Below, one piece after another: positions 50,916-64,000 of a stretch of DNA of 64,000 nucleotides. The notes below the pieces were generated by a model. That model ran no database searches. It worked only from the letters and a program-made list of their open reading frames with translations, and had not been told where the DNA came from. The DNA is from Octopus sinensis (taxonomy: Eukaryota). Each line of letters opens with the position of its first letter. Within the stretch, counting starts at the first letter, position 1. The stretch is from assembly GCF_006345805.1 (NCBI RefSeq), contig NC_042999.1, positions 150,412,001 to 150,476,000 on the forward strand. Reading direction: 5' to 3'. A program made the position numbers and the translations under genes.

Positions 50916-51412
50916 TATAACGGATAGCTTCCTAAGTTCTAAGCCAAGATTCGAAACTGAGTCTACATTTTCTACCGGTTCTTTTCCTATTGTTCTTGGC
51001 ATTTGCACTTAGAAATTTATGTGGGTCAACTGCCGCACAGTTGTTTAAGTTACCATTCTTGGGTTATATGGCGTTCAGGAAGATAAGAGACGGAAAATTC
51101 TTTGTCTTCCCCGACCGAGGTTGGAAAAAATATAAATACAGAACCCGAAAATGGTTATACCTCTCTGATACCTTGGTGCCTAGACGAAGAGCATTCATTT
51201 CTGCCCCTTCACTTATGAATTGTCATCGCGTGACAAAATAACTTTCACCCAAGCCAGTCTTCTAGCAGTCAACAAAAGATGACTTTAACTATATACAGAA
51301 TGGATAATGTAAGTGTGAATAGTTAATGCCAGGAACAATGGGGAAGGAACCGGTAGAAAATGTAGATTCAGCTTCGAATCCTGGCTTGGAACTTAGGTAG
51401 CTATTCGTTACA
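50916..51412. mobile_element. MITE with ~85-bp TIRs
   Basis: TAACGGATAGCTTCCTAAGTTCTAAGCCAAGATTCGAAACTGAGTCTACATTTTCTACCGGTTC is mirrored at 51325-51412. Confidence 0.75.
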
Positions 51413-51601
51413 TATGTATAGTTATTGTTGCACAACACCGAGAAGCTGTACCTTACTTTCTAACGATAAAAATAACGTCCATTTCAGCCAAAATTTTTCT
51501 TCGTCTCATTTTAATTTCTTCATACTATCGTTATACATAAATACATAAATATCTTCCCCCACCACACACATACACGACACACACGACACACACACACACG
51601 T

Positions 51602-51667
<66 letters not shown>

Positions 51668-52018
51668 TAGAAATATACACATACACGACACATACACGGT
51701 TTTGCTGACTTGCCAGCTACATGGTGACCTCAAGAATGCCGATTGTGTGCAAAAAGTACCTGGTACACACTTGTAAAGTGGTTGGTGTTAGGAAGCGCAT
51801 CCGACCGTAGAAACCATGCCAAAGCAGATGTTGGAGCACGATGCAGTCCTTCGACTCACCTACCTGATTCTTGTCAAACCTTCCAGCCCATGCCAGTATG
51901 GAACATGGAGGTTAAAATGTTGATGAAGAAGATGATGATAATGATGATGATATCTATATCAACACACACATGCACGCTCGTACGCACGCGCACGCACACA
52001 CACACACACCACACACAC

Positions 52019-52052
<34 letters not shown>

Positions 52053-54116
52053 CAATTATCGAATGAGGGTCAAGTATGTTACGAAATCTTCCGCATCCTT
52101 GTCAGGCGTATACATAGGGGAAAAAACGCTAGGAAACACAGTTCTATCAAAATGCGTAGATATTTTCTGTAAGTTCTCAAAGGAGTGGTTGAAAGAAACC
52201 TTGGCTGATATATGGAATATTGTTTCTATCGCTCGAATAAGAGCACGTAGTACTCTACACTTAGTCTTCAAGATCGAAGGCGAAACCAGGCAATGGACGG
52301 AGTTGGGGCGACGCACACCAGCACACAGGCTCGTGACACAGTATAAGGGTCGGCGAAAGAGAAGGTTCACGGGCAGAAAGGGCACTGAAGAAGAAATATT
52401 TCTTTCATCCACTTCCTATCTCTCTCGCTCCCCCTCGTTCCCCATAGTGCGGCGAGCTGGCAGAATCGTTAGCACGCCGGGCGAAATGCTTAGCAGTATT
52501 TCGGCTACCGTTACGTTCTGAGTTCAAATTCCGACGAGGTCGACTTTGCTTTCATCCTTTCGGGGTCGATTAAATAAATACCGGTTACGCACTGGGGTCG
52601 ATGTAATCGACTTAATCCCTTTGTCTGTTTGTCTCCTCTATGTTTAGACCCCTGTGGACAATAATGAAATTACCCCTCGCTCCCCTTCTCTCCTCCCCTC
52701 TCTCTCCCCACCCTCTCTCTCTCTCTCTCTGCACAAATTACTGGAAATCAAGCCTTCACATGCAGTAGGTGACAAACCCTTAAAAATTTCATTGGCAGTC
52801 TATGACTCATCAACTACAGTCCACCTAGTATTACACTCCCGCACTTTGACAGTTCGTGAAGCCTTAAGTGAAATTTCAGAGCTAGTGACAGACGAGCGTT
52901 TCTGAAGATCTGTTCGCAGGACACTTACCAAAACACGTCCCTTCCTGACACCTTTTTTCTACAACTACCATATGGTAGACCTTCAACCAGCCTAGATTGT
53001 ACAATAAGCCAATATAGTTGAAAGTATATATTTACTTCGAAAGTTTGTAGTGTGTAACTTAGAATGAGGTCATAATTCTTAGAGAGCAAAAGCAAAACAT
53101 CCCAATTTTTTATTTTTATTTTGCATAATCGTATGAATTCTAGAATTTTTTGAAAATTGCAAAAAATTTTTGAAAATTGCTAAAAAAAGGAAAAGGTTAT
53201 GAGGTGTTATGTTGTGCGTAAAGCAGAAATTGATATATTTATTGTTTCATAATAAAACACGTCACGCACAAATTGACAGCTTCCAAATCCTGTTTTTTTG
53301 ACTGGAGGAAACTTATCAAACTTGGAACCTCAATTGCGTTTTTTTAAACTTTTTTTTTTTAGAAAAAGGGAGATATATCCTGAGATTCAGCTTGGGAAAC
53401 TGCACTAATACACCAAATTTTTAAATTTTCAATAAAATTTTGAAATATCCACTGCTGCAGCCAAACAGCAAAAAAAAATCTTTATCTTTAAGCCTGGTGC
53501 ATATTCAGTCGGTCACTTTTTGCCTTTCATTCTTTCGGGATCGATAAAAGAGGTACTAGCTGAGCACCGGCCTTGTATCAAGATTTGAAACCAATATCTC
53601 AAAGAGGATGGAAATAATCATTAACAACATTCTCCAACTCCTTGAATATTTCCTTTCATCATGACCCCAATTCCGCTAGAGTTTTCGAGTGGCAGGAGAG
53701 TTCCCTCAGATTTATACAAAACTTTTTTATTACCAATCATTCACTCACTGCCTTTTACTCATTATTACACAACTCACGTGACTTTACAAATCTCAATAAT
53801 TTTCCCTTTCACGCAACAATAAGTTCACAGAACTTAATGACTTAACTCATTCATCTATTACCACCTATTTCCTAACCTCAAAAGGACAGGATTTTATAAA
53901 TATTTTACTTCTTTATTCACTTACTTTTATTTCTATCAATCATATTTTTATCACCAACCACGAAGTTACCATTTTCCTTGCCATAACCTGATTAACCAGT
54001 TACAAACAAACGAAACCTATAAATATTTTCTTTTCATGTATTTTTTATTATTCTTGTTTTGTTTTCAACCCAGGTAAGATAGACGCACTTTAAAATTTTA
54101 CTTCTCTATTCTTCAC

Positions 54117-54175
<59 letters not shown>

Positions 54176-55540
54176 GATTCTATGTTTGACTTTTGCTTTA
54201 TGTTTGTACAAGTTGGCTCCAAGTCTCACCCAGAGACCTCAAGAGACAACAGGTTGGAAGTTCACGTTGTTGTTATGCCTAGTGTGCCATATATTTGGGG
54301 TTTTTTTGGTGTTGTACTAGTGAATTCCTAATAAATAAATTTAAAAAAAAGAAAAAAGTTTGTTTTAAACCTTGAGATTACATAGAGAGTATTTTGTGTA
54401 GGATATGAGCAGTTCCCATGAGCACTATCTTTTGAATTTCTGCCATTTTGTGGTTTCCTGGTATCTGAGTTAGGTAGCAATCAGCCCCTTTCGCTATCAT
54501 TCCTAGGGCACCTATGACAACAGGTATTGTTTTAGTCTTCAGGTTCCACATTTTGCTGATTTCTATTTCAAGATCTTTATATTTGCTCAGTTTTTGGTAG
54601 GTCTTGACAGATACGTTTATATCGATTGGGACAATCATATCAATGAGGAGGCATATTCTTTATCTGAAGTCTTTCATTATTTTTTTTTTCCTCTTCTTTC
54701 AAATTTGCTTCCATTTCTTGCCGAGTGTCTTCCCGACTCATAGGGCAAAGAAACTCATAGTATACATTGGCAGGCCATTAAACTAAACTCACTAGTTCGT
54801 TCATTTTTTTTTAAAGTTAAATTAAAATACATGGGTAGTAATAGTTCTCACATCGACAATGCTCTTCTCAATACGTGTGATGTACCAGTTAAGACAATCT
54901 TTTGCACTTCTTGCAGGGATCATTCTCATATAATTTTCGGTTCCCTTCTTGATCATTCCTAGTGCTCCTACGATCACTGGTATTGTAACCGCCTTGAGAT
55001 GTCACATTTTCTCAATTTCAATGAGCAGGTCTTTATATTTTCTGAGCTTGTCAAACTCTTTCGCCGAGATATTATGATCACAGGGGATGCTCATGTCGAT
55101 CAATAAGCAAACTTTATTGTTTTGGTCTTTCACAACAATATCCGGTTTATTGGCTTTGATGGTTCGGTCTGTATGTACTGGAAAGTTCCACAGAATCGTT
55201 ACAATTTCTCCTTCAGTTACAGCTTCAGGGTGGTGATTATACCACTTGTCGGCAGTTTTGATATTGTAATGCCGACTTATTAGCCAGTGTAGATATTGGC
55301 CAACTCTGTCATGTCTTAATTTATACTCCACTGGTGCTAAGACTTTACATCCAGAGATTAGGTGGTCCACTGTTTCAATCATGTCGTTGCAGAATCGGCA
55401 TTTTGGGTCTGCTCCATTTTTCATCACATTGGCCTGGTAGTTCCGGGTTAATAGACTTTGATCTTGAGCAGCCAGGATGAAACCTTCGCTCTCTGCTTTT
55501 AGCCCTGAGCTCCGTAGCCACTGATGGGTTTGCTTCTTCC

Positions 55541-55571
<31 letters not shown>

Positions 55572-55688
55572 CTTCTTCTTCTTCTTCTTCTTCTTCTTCT
55601 TCTTCTTCTTCTTCTTCTTCTTCTTCTTCTTCTTCTTCTTCTTCTTCTTCTTCTTCTTCTTCTTCTTCTTCTCTTCTTCTTCTTATTC

Positions 55689-55723
<35 letters not shown>

Positions 55724-58700
55724 GAGTGAGAGAGCAGTGCATGCTATCAAAGTAACACAGGTAAAATATACGAAGCCCAGTATGCCCATCATGACTACCC
55801 GTCTGATAAGGGTACACCAGGCACATGCATCACAACCAAATATACGCGACATGGTGATCTCATATCAAGATAAACAGCGCATGACCTTGCAGGTAGGGCC
55901 CAGTTAGGATTTTCTTCTGGTCGAGTAGCCCATCCCGCTGAAAAGGTTCCTGAATAAGGATTGTTTAAAGATATTGAACGAATCACCTATGTTTCCAAAG
56001 GTAAATTATCCAAACCTCCATGAATTCCTTTCAACACACGGCTATGATGCTCCCCTACTACTTCTGCTCGTGGTCAGAGATGCACATATCGTCAGCCACT
56101 AAGGGACATGGTCAACTGGTTACGGTCAAACAACTGACAAGCAAATCTGTGGTATTAAGCAGAATATTTGCTGTAACCCATTTTTTTATACCAAAACAAA
56201 ACAATGTACATGATAATACTTCCAATCAGTTAAGATCAGAAGCCATGAGAGCTACTATCTGGCACTGCATCAGAGCATAGCAAATCTGTGGTGTTGAGCA
56301 GAATATTTGCTGTAGCTCATCTTTTATACCATCAAATCTGTAGTATTGAGCCATTTTTTATTATTATTTGTTTGACTTTTGCTTTGTACTTGTACACGTT
56401 GGTTCCAAGTCTCACCCAGATACCTCAAGACACAACAAGTTAGAAGTTCATGTTGGTGTTATGCCTAGGGTGTCATATATTTGGTTTTGTACATAGTATT
56501 GTTCTAGAGAATGTTTAAGAAAACAAGAAAATTATGATTTTGTTTCAAAATGTGAGATTACATAGACAGTATATTATGTAGGATATGGGCAATCTCCATG
56601 AGCACTATCTTTTGAATTTCTGCCATTTTGGGGTTTCCTTGTATCTGAGCTAGGCAGCAATCAGCCCCTTTTGCTATCATTCCTAGGTATTGTTTTAGTC
56701 TTGAGGTTCCACATTTTGCCAATTTCTATTTCAAGATCTTTATATTTGCTCAGTTTTTGGTAGGTCTTGACAGATACATTTATATCGATTGAGACAGTCA
56801 TATCAATGAAGGGGCATGATTTTTGTCTGAAGTCTTTCAATATAATGTCTTTATCATCATTATTACTATTACTGAGTGAGAGAGCAACGTATGTCATCAA
56901 AGTGACACTAGGGTACAATTATACGGAGCCCAATATACCCATTATGACTACCCGTCTGATAAGGGTACACCAAGCACATGCATCACAAACATATGTGCGC
57001 GACATGGTGATCTCGTATCAAGATAAACGGTGCATGACCTTGCAGGTGGGACCCAGTTAGAATTTTCTTCTGGTCGAGTAGCCCATCCCCCATCTCTTAC
57101 TGCCTTATTTTGTTTCCTGTATCATTTCTGTTCATCTGGAAGTAAATTGTTACTTTCCAGATGATTGTATAATTCTTCCGCCAATACACAGGTTATAAGC
57201 TTCCACATAAGTGGTAAACAGATTATTGGTTGATAATTTGATGCCAAGTTCCTCTCAAGGGATCCTTAAGGCATCGAGGCAGGGACGTGACCTTGTTGCA
57301 GGCAGTCATCCAGTTGCACAGCGATCCTTTCATGAAACTGTGTAAAGTTCTTCAACCAATAGCCTTGTATACCCATCATGACTACCCGTCTGATAAGGGT
57401 ACACCAGGCACATGCATCACAACCATATGTGCGCGACCTGGTGATCTCATACCAAGATAAACAGCGCATGACCTTGCAGGTGGGGCGCAGTTAGGATTTT
57501 CTTCTGGTCGAGTAGCCCATCCCACTGAAAAGGTTCCTGAATAAGGATTGTTTAAAGATGTTGAACGAATCACCCAAATTGAATTATCCAAACCTCCATG
57601 AATTCCTTTCAACACACAGCTATGATGCTCCCCTACTACTTCTGCTCGTGGTCCATCTGGGCCTAGTCCTTTCCAATTTGCTATTTTTTTTCACTTCTGT
57701 TTCACCCTCTATAGATTAATTTTGACGTCTTTTTGTCTTGGCACAGTTGCAAGTTGTCTTTCCACTTTTGTTAGCCACCCTGCGCTTTCTTTATGTCTGA
57801 CCAGTCTGTTCCACAGCTCTCTCTCCAAAATTCTTTACTTCCTACCGCATCTGGGATCAGTTCCTGGTGTTGGTCTCTCTCTATTTTCTCAATTAAACGC
57901 CTTCTTTTTGATTGGAACAGTCTATTCTATTCGAAACGTTGCATCTAGCATATCTTTTCAATTGGCCTTTAATGCTGTCGTTACCTTTTGTGTCAATTCT
58001 CATGTACTGTTTGGTTCCCCCTTTCTTCTAATCGGTACTGTCCATTCAAGTTTTTGATTACTGCCTTATTCTTGAGCCCTCTTCTCATTATCCTATTCAA
58101 TTGCCCCAGTTCTTTCCGTGTCTTTTTCATCTTCATTCGTATTCTCTTCTTCCAGTTTGGTTCCTTCTTTTTAAATGCTGTTATATCTTTACTTTTTTGC
58201 TTGTAGCCTATGTTAGCTACGACATTGATTAGCTGGTTTGTTTCACTGACGTTTTCTGTTTTAATCATGCTTAAAATGTCATTTACTTCGCCTGTGGCTC
58301 TCCTCACTTTTTTCTGTCCATATATCTTACATTTGGTGGTACTTCATTGTTCCCATCAGGCATTTTACCGCGCAACATTTCTAAAATCTTCTCATCATTC
58401 AAGCCTTGTTCAGTACTTACTGTCACTTGTTTATTTCTAGATCGTCTTTATTAGTTACTTTATCGGTATTTTCTGGTACTCTGCGGTTTCCATCTGTTGC
58501 ATGTTCTTCATCTCTTACCCCTTCATTATCGCTTTCTGCTACTGCTGTTTCACTCTCCCTCTGCTCTATTTTTAAGCTTCTCTGAACTTCTGCAATCTCT
58601 ACTTCCGTAATCCAGTCGTTCCTACGGATTGCCCTTGCTTCGTCTATCAGCCGTTGGGTGAATGTTTCAAAACCTCCTTTTTCCTCCCATATTCTCTTCA

Positions 58701-58900
58701 TTCGATTAAATGAAGCCTCTTTTATTTGGCTTACTTCTCAGTCAGCATTCTATCACTATTTTGTTTCCCATTTCATTCTTTTTCTTTTGCACTTTTGACC
58801 GCGATTCTTTTTTACTGCTCTGTGAGTTTATGCTTGGGTTTATTTTATTATTTAGAAGTTTCCTTTTGCAGATTTTATTGTTCTGTCTTATTTCTTGGTT
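54176..58900 (-). mobile_element. Cluster of R4/Dong-type relics: 54176-54670, 54700-55537, 56360-56860 and 57090-58900, interleaved with passenger elements
   Basis: RLE motifs CRFC..ETVDHLISGC, RHDRV, ILWNFPVHTD..ANKPDIVV..IDMSIP and KYKDLEIEI. RT motifs NWKGLGPDG/QGYWLKNFT. N-terminal WEEKGG..QRLIDEARAIRRNDWITEVEI. Confidence 0.85.
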
Positions 58901-58989
58901 CATCAAAATCATAAGGAACTGATCAATCGTTTTTGTTACTTGTTCTACGGGACAAAATTTTCAAAGAAAGGAATTTTTCTCCGACGCAT

Positions 58990-59193
58990 AAAATATAATT
59001 TCAAAATAGTGTCATCGTCGCTGAACCAAGAAGGGAGGAAAGTGGGAGAAGGTTGGGAACGGGAAATCGTTTTACGCGACCGACTTTCCTCACACAATTC
59101 TTCGGAGTGTAACTAAATAGTAGCAGTACTATCAAAAGCAACACCAACAGTAACAACAACAATAGAATCAACAACAGCAGCAGCAGCAGCAGC

Positions 59194-59224
<31 letters not shown>

Positions 59225-61345
59225 GTAGCAGCGGTATGGACAATGGACATGTCCAACAAAGAAGCTTAGAGGATTACCAGCAGCAGCAGCAGCAAATTGC
59301 GCATCGCCAACTCCACCGCTCCCCATCACAGTCACCGCCAACACCGCCACCGCCGCCACCCACCCCCACCACCACAATAAAAAGTAATAATAGCGACAAC
59401 GATGGTTTAAACATTGCCAACAGCATTGAAAGATTCATCAAAAAATATTTCTTTTGCTAAAATCGCGCAAATGTGATTGATGTTATCCTACAAGAGAACA
59501 AGAGAGAACAAGGATAAAACACAATACCCGAACAGAACAAAGTTACACTTAATATACAACAACACTTCTTGGCGCAAACAGAAAAGAAAACCATTAAGTA
59601 TAGATGTTTATCGACGAAAAGATAAAGTTAAAGCGCATACCTTCAGATCAAGATAAACTATGTTTAAAAAATATGTGACAGGGCATCAGTTTTGAGGGGT
59701 ATTTCCATAAATTCTGATAAATCCAAGTTATTTTCCACCTTGAAACTCTAGTCCAGAAGCACTTCACCATCTTAAGGAGAGAGTGATCCGAATAAAAGTC
59801 ACAAACATACCAATAGAACTAGATTTTTGGTGGGTGGGGAAATATGTAGAAGACTCCCAGCTCGCTTCTAGAAATAAAAAATTTTCGGAAAGAGAATTGG
59901 GTCGGGATACGATAGAAGATTCTGGCTAAAATGAAACTTGAGTCACTCGACACAATTTCTGACCTAATAGAGATCCCAGGAAGGCAGCAAGTGCAGGTGG
60001 CTGTGGAAGGCAGAAGATAGCGACGTTACAAATGTGAAACACAACCCACCTCAAGGCTTTCAGTCCCTAACAACACTACTTCAACAACAGCAGAAACTAC
60101 GACTCATGTACTCGCAACAACAGCATGCAACTGCATCATCAGTGATTGCAGCATAAGCTACAAGACTGGAAGCAGCAGTTATAAGACCATCAGCAACAAA
60201 ATTAATAAAAAGAAGAAAAATAAACATCGCCCGCCAGAGCCACTACATCACCAACCTCAGCAACAGAAAGCCCCCCACATAATAACACAAAATGACAATG
60301 ATCCCCAAAACATGCCCCCTCCCTGATTGGGAGCATTTGGATATGTCATGTGGCGAAGATGACGGTGAGAAACCTAAATGAGAAAATGTTACAAATGCAA
60401 AGAACAGAAGAAGAAAGACAGGATCTTTTCGGTTTGAACGGCAGTTTTTAACATAATTTCCTAGGTAACTAAAAAATTTTAAACTTCGTATACTGGTAGA
60501 ATGTGTTTATAAAACATCTTTTTCTCTTGGCTTTATTGAGAAAATTCTATAGTTTGTAAGATATTTGTTGTTTTTTTTCTTCAATTTCTGCAATTTCAAC
60601 CAATCAGTGACGTCTATTGAGGTAAAAAAAACATTCTGTGCCGTATGAATATGTCCCTTGTTTAAGAAACAGATTGGGTTTATTTACATTTGTGAAGAAA
60701 AAAGATACCCTTCCCCCCACCCCTAACCCTAACCCTAACCCTAAAACAGATTGAAATGCAATAGATCGACACTAGGGTCATAATTATGGGTGACAATTTC
60801 GTATGACACCGCTAGAAAAAACTGCCGTTCAAACCGAAAAGATCCGAAAGACACTAGCAAAAAATACTGATAGATCTGAACAAATGGGATTGCTTTTAAG
60901 CAACAATGCCCCCAAACCACTCCAACAACTGTTATACTTGTCACCACCACCATCGCTACCACTACCATTATCACAGATACCACTATTATAAGCAATACCT
61001 AATTCACACAGCAGCAGTCAGATCATACACTCCAGCACAGACTAAAAAGATATTAACTACACGGTCATAAATACAAGCAATAAAGAATTAATGTACACAT
61101 AAACCAATATACAAACATCATTCACAAAACTACATCACATTAACTAATAGCATTCCATCACATAAAAATAATCGAATATCGCAACATACATACAATTTAA
61201 AAAAGAAACACTTCAAAAGAGCACGAGATTTCAGGTGGTGGGGGGATATAAATAAAATACTACACAAAGAACTGCTAGTGGAGACGCTCACAGCCATCCG
61301 GAGGTACGAAACACCAGTCCTACTATAAGAATAAGGTAAAAAAAA
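58990..61345 (+). mobile_element. Decayed Tx1/L1-type ORF1 element interrupted by a MITE at 60421
   Basis: Q/P/T-rich N-terminus and a QVAVEGRR..CYKC knuckle relic at ~60000, paralleling 21400-22300. It ends near an A-run at 61338-61348. Confidence 0.55.
60421..60845. mobile_element. Same GGATC-TIR MITE family, 8-bp TSD GAAAGACA, internal (CCCTAA)4
   Basis: TSD at 60413-60420 and 60846-60853. Telomeric-type repeat at 60721-60744. Confidence 0.9.
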
Positions 61346-61350
61346 AAACC

Positions 61351-62462
61351 ACTTAGATAAAAACTTAGATATGTTTCGACCAAAGATTGGCCCAGGCCAT
61401 GTCTAACTTAATAGCACCACCTGAAAGGATTATCTAAATTCTTTTTAAGTCAATTTTTGTTTATGGTCCATTCAAGTAGTGAGTTCTAATTGAGTGAATT
61501 GTATCCAGGTATGGGTGGCTTATCTGGTATTCTTTGAAGAAATCTGTCCAGACTCAGTTTAAAGGTGATGGGATCCTTTTCCTCTTTAATCAGTTTTGGG
61601 ACAATGTTAAACAGGGCAGGGCCTGTTGAGGAAAAGAAATTATGTTGCAGTGTACCTATATTTTGTGATCCTGAATTGGGCAGGGGACGTATGGCCCGTG
61701 GTCCCAGCCTTGGATGAACCTTGGAACTAATGTTCAGGTCATTTGGGCAATGCTGGTGGTATATTCTCCACATCGTACAAGTGATGTACCGCTCGTGGTA
61801 GCGCTGGAAAGAGTAGAGTTTCAAGGCTTTAAGGCGGTCCCAGTAATCGAGATCAGTCTTGCCTTCAATTCGTTTAGTGAGTGCTCTTTGGGGGTGATTC
61901 AATCCTTGAGATGTTTTGTTTTGTATGAGACCACAAGGGTAGCAGTATTCGAGGTGTGGCCGTAGAAAGGAGGAGAAAAGTTGAATGATGACACCTTGTT
62001 CTCTGGACCGGAAGGTTTTTAAGATCCAGGAGCTCATTCTACGAGCTATATCGACCTTATTGTTGATGTGAGCACTCCAACTGAGATTGTTATCAACAAT
62101 TACACCCAGGTCTCTGATATTATTAGATGCCGTGAGCGGTTCCCCAGAAGGAAGAGAGTATGGTTGTTTTAGTATAGACTTTCTTCCAAAATGCATCAGT
62201 TCAAATTTTCCCTCTTTCAGTTGCATTTTGTTTTTGTCTGCCCATTGACTCACAGCATGTAGATCAGACTGGAGTTGAGTTCGGTCTTCCTCTTCATTGA
62301 TGATTTTCTGGAGCTCAGTGTCATCAGCAAATATTTTCACTTTGCAGTGATTTACGACGATGGAAAGGTCATTTATGTAAATTATAAAGAGAAGCGGGCC
62401 CAAGACAGTTCCCTAAGCGGGCCCATGACAGTCCCCTGGGCGGGCCCAAGACAGTCCCCTGA
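61351..62462 (-). mobile_element. 5'-truncated CR1-clade LINE (RT C-terminal half)
   Basis: ORF 61486-62403 contains GPLLFIIYINDL, KIFADDT, DLGVIVD and RPHLEYC. The tail has repeated ACTTAGAT. Confidence 0.9.
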
Positions 62463-64000
62463 TCCTTTCTCGGTTTCTTCTCTCTTGTTGATCATGCCTA
62501 TGCACAGAATAGGAAGTGCAAATGCATGTAGCCTGGAGTCACCTTGGAAGCAAAGTCATCTGCTCAACAAAATCAAGGCATAAGAAGATATAGAGGTGGT
62601 GGCCATCAGCGAGACTAGATGGTTAGTTGCATGGTGTGCAAATTACCTGATTTGGATTACCTGCTACGCGAGCTTTACTTTTTTATATGCTAGGCATGTT
62701 TGAAGACCTCTTGGCAGATATCTATTGCAACGGGCAGCAAAACGGGAGAATCCCCAATTCTTTGAGAATTTTTGCTCCAGTTCACGTCTCACCAAACCGA
62801 ACGCCTGTTCTTTTTCTTTCTATGGAAGAGATTCGTCCCACTAATCAGATAATCTGTTTGTTATCAACACCAGCTGAGTGGAGGACTGGACATGTTATGG
62901 CTGATGATGCACAGACATGTGCAGAGACTGTGAAATCCCCAGTGTTTTCTTGACAGTAAGTAGGTGTGGTCGTCGTTTGTCACGCCTACTTTTCCGCGGT
63001 TCATCTCTTTGACTGCAGTTCTAGATCAAGCTGTTCGAGACAAACTTTCAAGGTATGGATATACCGTTAGCCAAGCTTGCCCGAGATGCGCATAGACTAA
63101 CGAAACTGTTCTGCATGCACTCATCTAGTGCTCAAGCATTGCTAAATGGTCGCGTGTAGGACGGATTCGGCTATCGATTGTATCTATTATGAAGATCGTC
63201 CCACTCACCCCCTTTGGCCGAGGACAAGCAGCTTTCATCTTTCAGGTGACCTTAGTGTAAATTGTTGTGTGGTGGACAATATAAAAAGAACTGAAGTCAG
63301 ACGCCGTTCTCTTTGACCAAGCTCTCATCAACTTTTTCAATATTCACTTTAAAAGGAAAATGAAGGTGAAGAGGGGAGTGCTGCCTTCCAGGTAGAAACA
63401 TTGATAAATGGATGACTGTGGTAAGATTGGTTTGAGTGAATGGGCCTGCTCTGAGCATGTGTTTGCACAATGAAGATGGAAGATGAAGAGAGGACCCTTG
63501 CCTTAATTTTCAAGGCGATGTGGTTTTGTAGGGTTCCCACAAGCATTCCTCGGGAGTTTCCACAAGAATTTGAGTAACTGTCCATTTGAACTTTTTGTTG
63601 AGTAGACCCGAGTGACGGAAGCGCAACGAGGCGACGAAGCCATAATTCAGTCTTTAGTAGACTAAATGGGCGCATGTTACTTGAACCTGAGCGGATGTAT
63701 ACGGCTTTTCAGCAGCACTTCGGTCAAATTCTCGAGTCGGGTGGTTGGCCGGATCGCAGGATGAACTTTAGTACCTACCTCAACAACCTGCCGCGACTCT
63801 CGGCGACAGACATTAGTATGTTGTGAAAAGCTGGTAACAGTTGTGGAAATACGGGAAACGATGGTTCTCTGGCTGGTTGTGTGGTGGGCAAATTGCCTGG
63901 TTCGGATGGCCAGCGAGCTTTACTTTTATATGCCAGGCCTGTTTGAGGATCACTCGGCTAATATCTACCGCAGCTGGCAGAACAGGAGACTTTTCAGTAC
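62463..64000 (+). mobile_element. Scrambled, internally deleted Tx1/L1-type relics (EN start, RT start, C-terminal finger; inverted EN piece at ~63400-63700)
   Basis: RIGSANACSL..DIEVVAISETR. ELY...DLLADIY..QQNGRIP occurs at ~62670 and again at ~63920, homologous to 23530-23610. ACPRC..ETVLHAL is also present. Confidence 0.7.

Noticed and set aside
52700-53050. Exon-like segment with a GTAAGT donor on the minus strand near 52925
   Set aside because: There is no recognisable protein motif, the frames contain stops, and it has no link to the CARD gene exons.
59236-59460. Poly-Q/poly-P ORF as a host transcription-factor exon
   Set aside because: It lies within a decayed ORF1-like element, ends in a stop with no donor site, and has no partner exons.

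Overview
Eukaryotic, AT-rich, repeat-saturated animal DNA. It is probably from an octopus; this is an inference from my recognition of the SINE families and the microsatellite load, not from a database search. The only host gene I can support is two minus-strand coding exons (8593-8721 and 357-771) of a CARD-domain protein that best resembles the prodomain of a caspase-2-like initiator caspase. The gene continues off the left edge and its first exon is unresolved. The rest is a nested set of decayed mobile elements. These include RTE, CR1, CRE, R4/Dong and Tx1/L1-type non-LTR retrotransposons, a Gypsy LTR plus integrase relic, a Penelope fragment, a mariner relic, several tRNA-derived SINE families, MITEs and micro/minisatellites. 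No CRISPR array, intact tRNA/rRNA gene or intact transposon ORF is present. I found no clear new enzymatic system. The most unusual signals are structural: (1) R4/Dong copies and a passenger element consistently oriented within (TAA)n; (2) GG-terminated, 8-bp-TSD MITEs carrying TTAGGG, one with a 48-bp flanking duplication; (3) an ORF1-only L1/Tx1 derivative; (4) a five-unit SINE concatemer inside one 16-bp TSD; (5) an RTE-3'-end-derived multimer; (6) paired 16-bp and 27-bp minisatellites; (7) an isolated U2 snRNA 5' fragment. Element boundaries are approximate unless a TSD or TIR is quoted.
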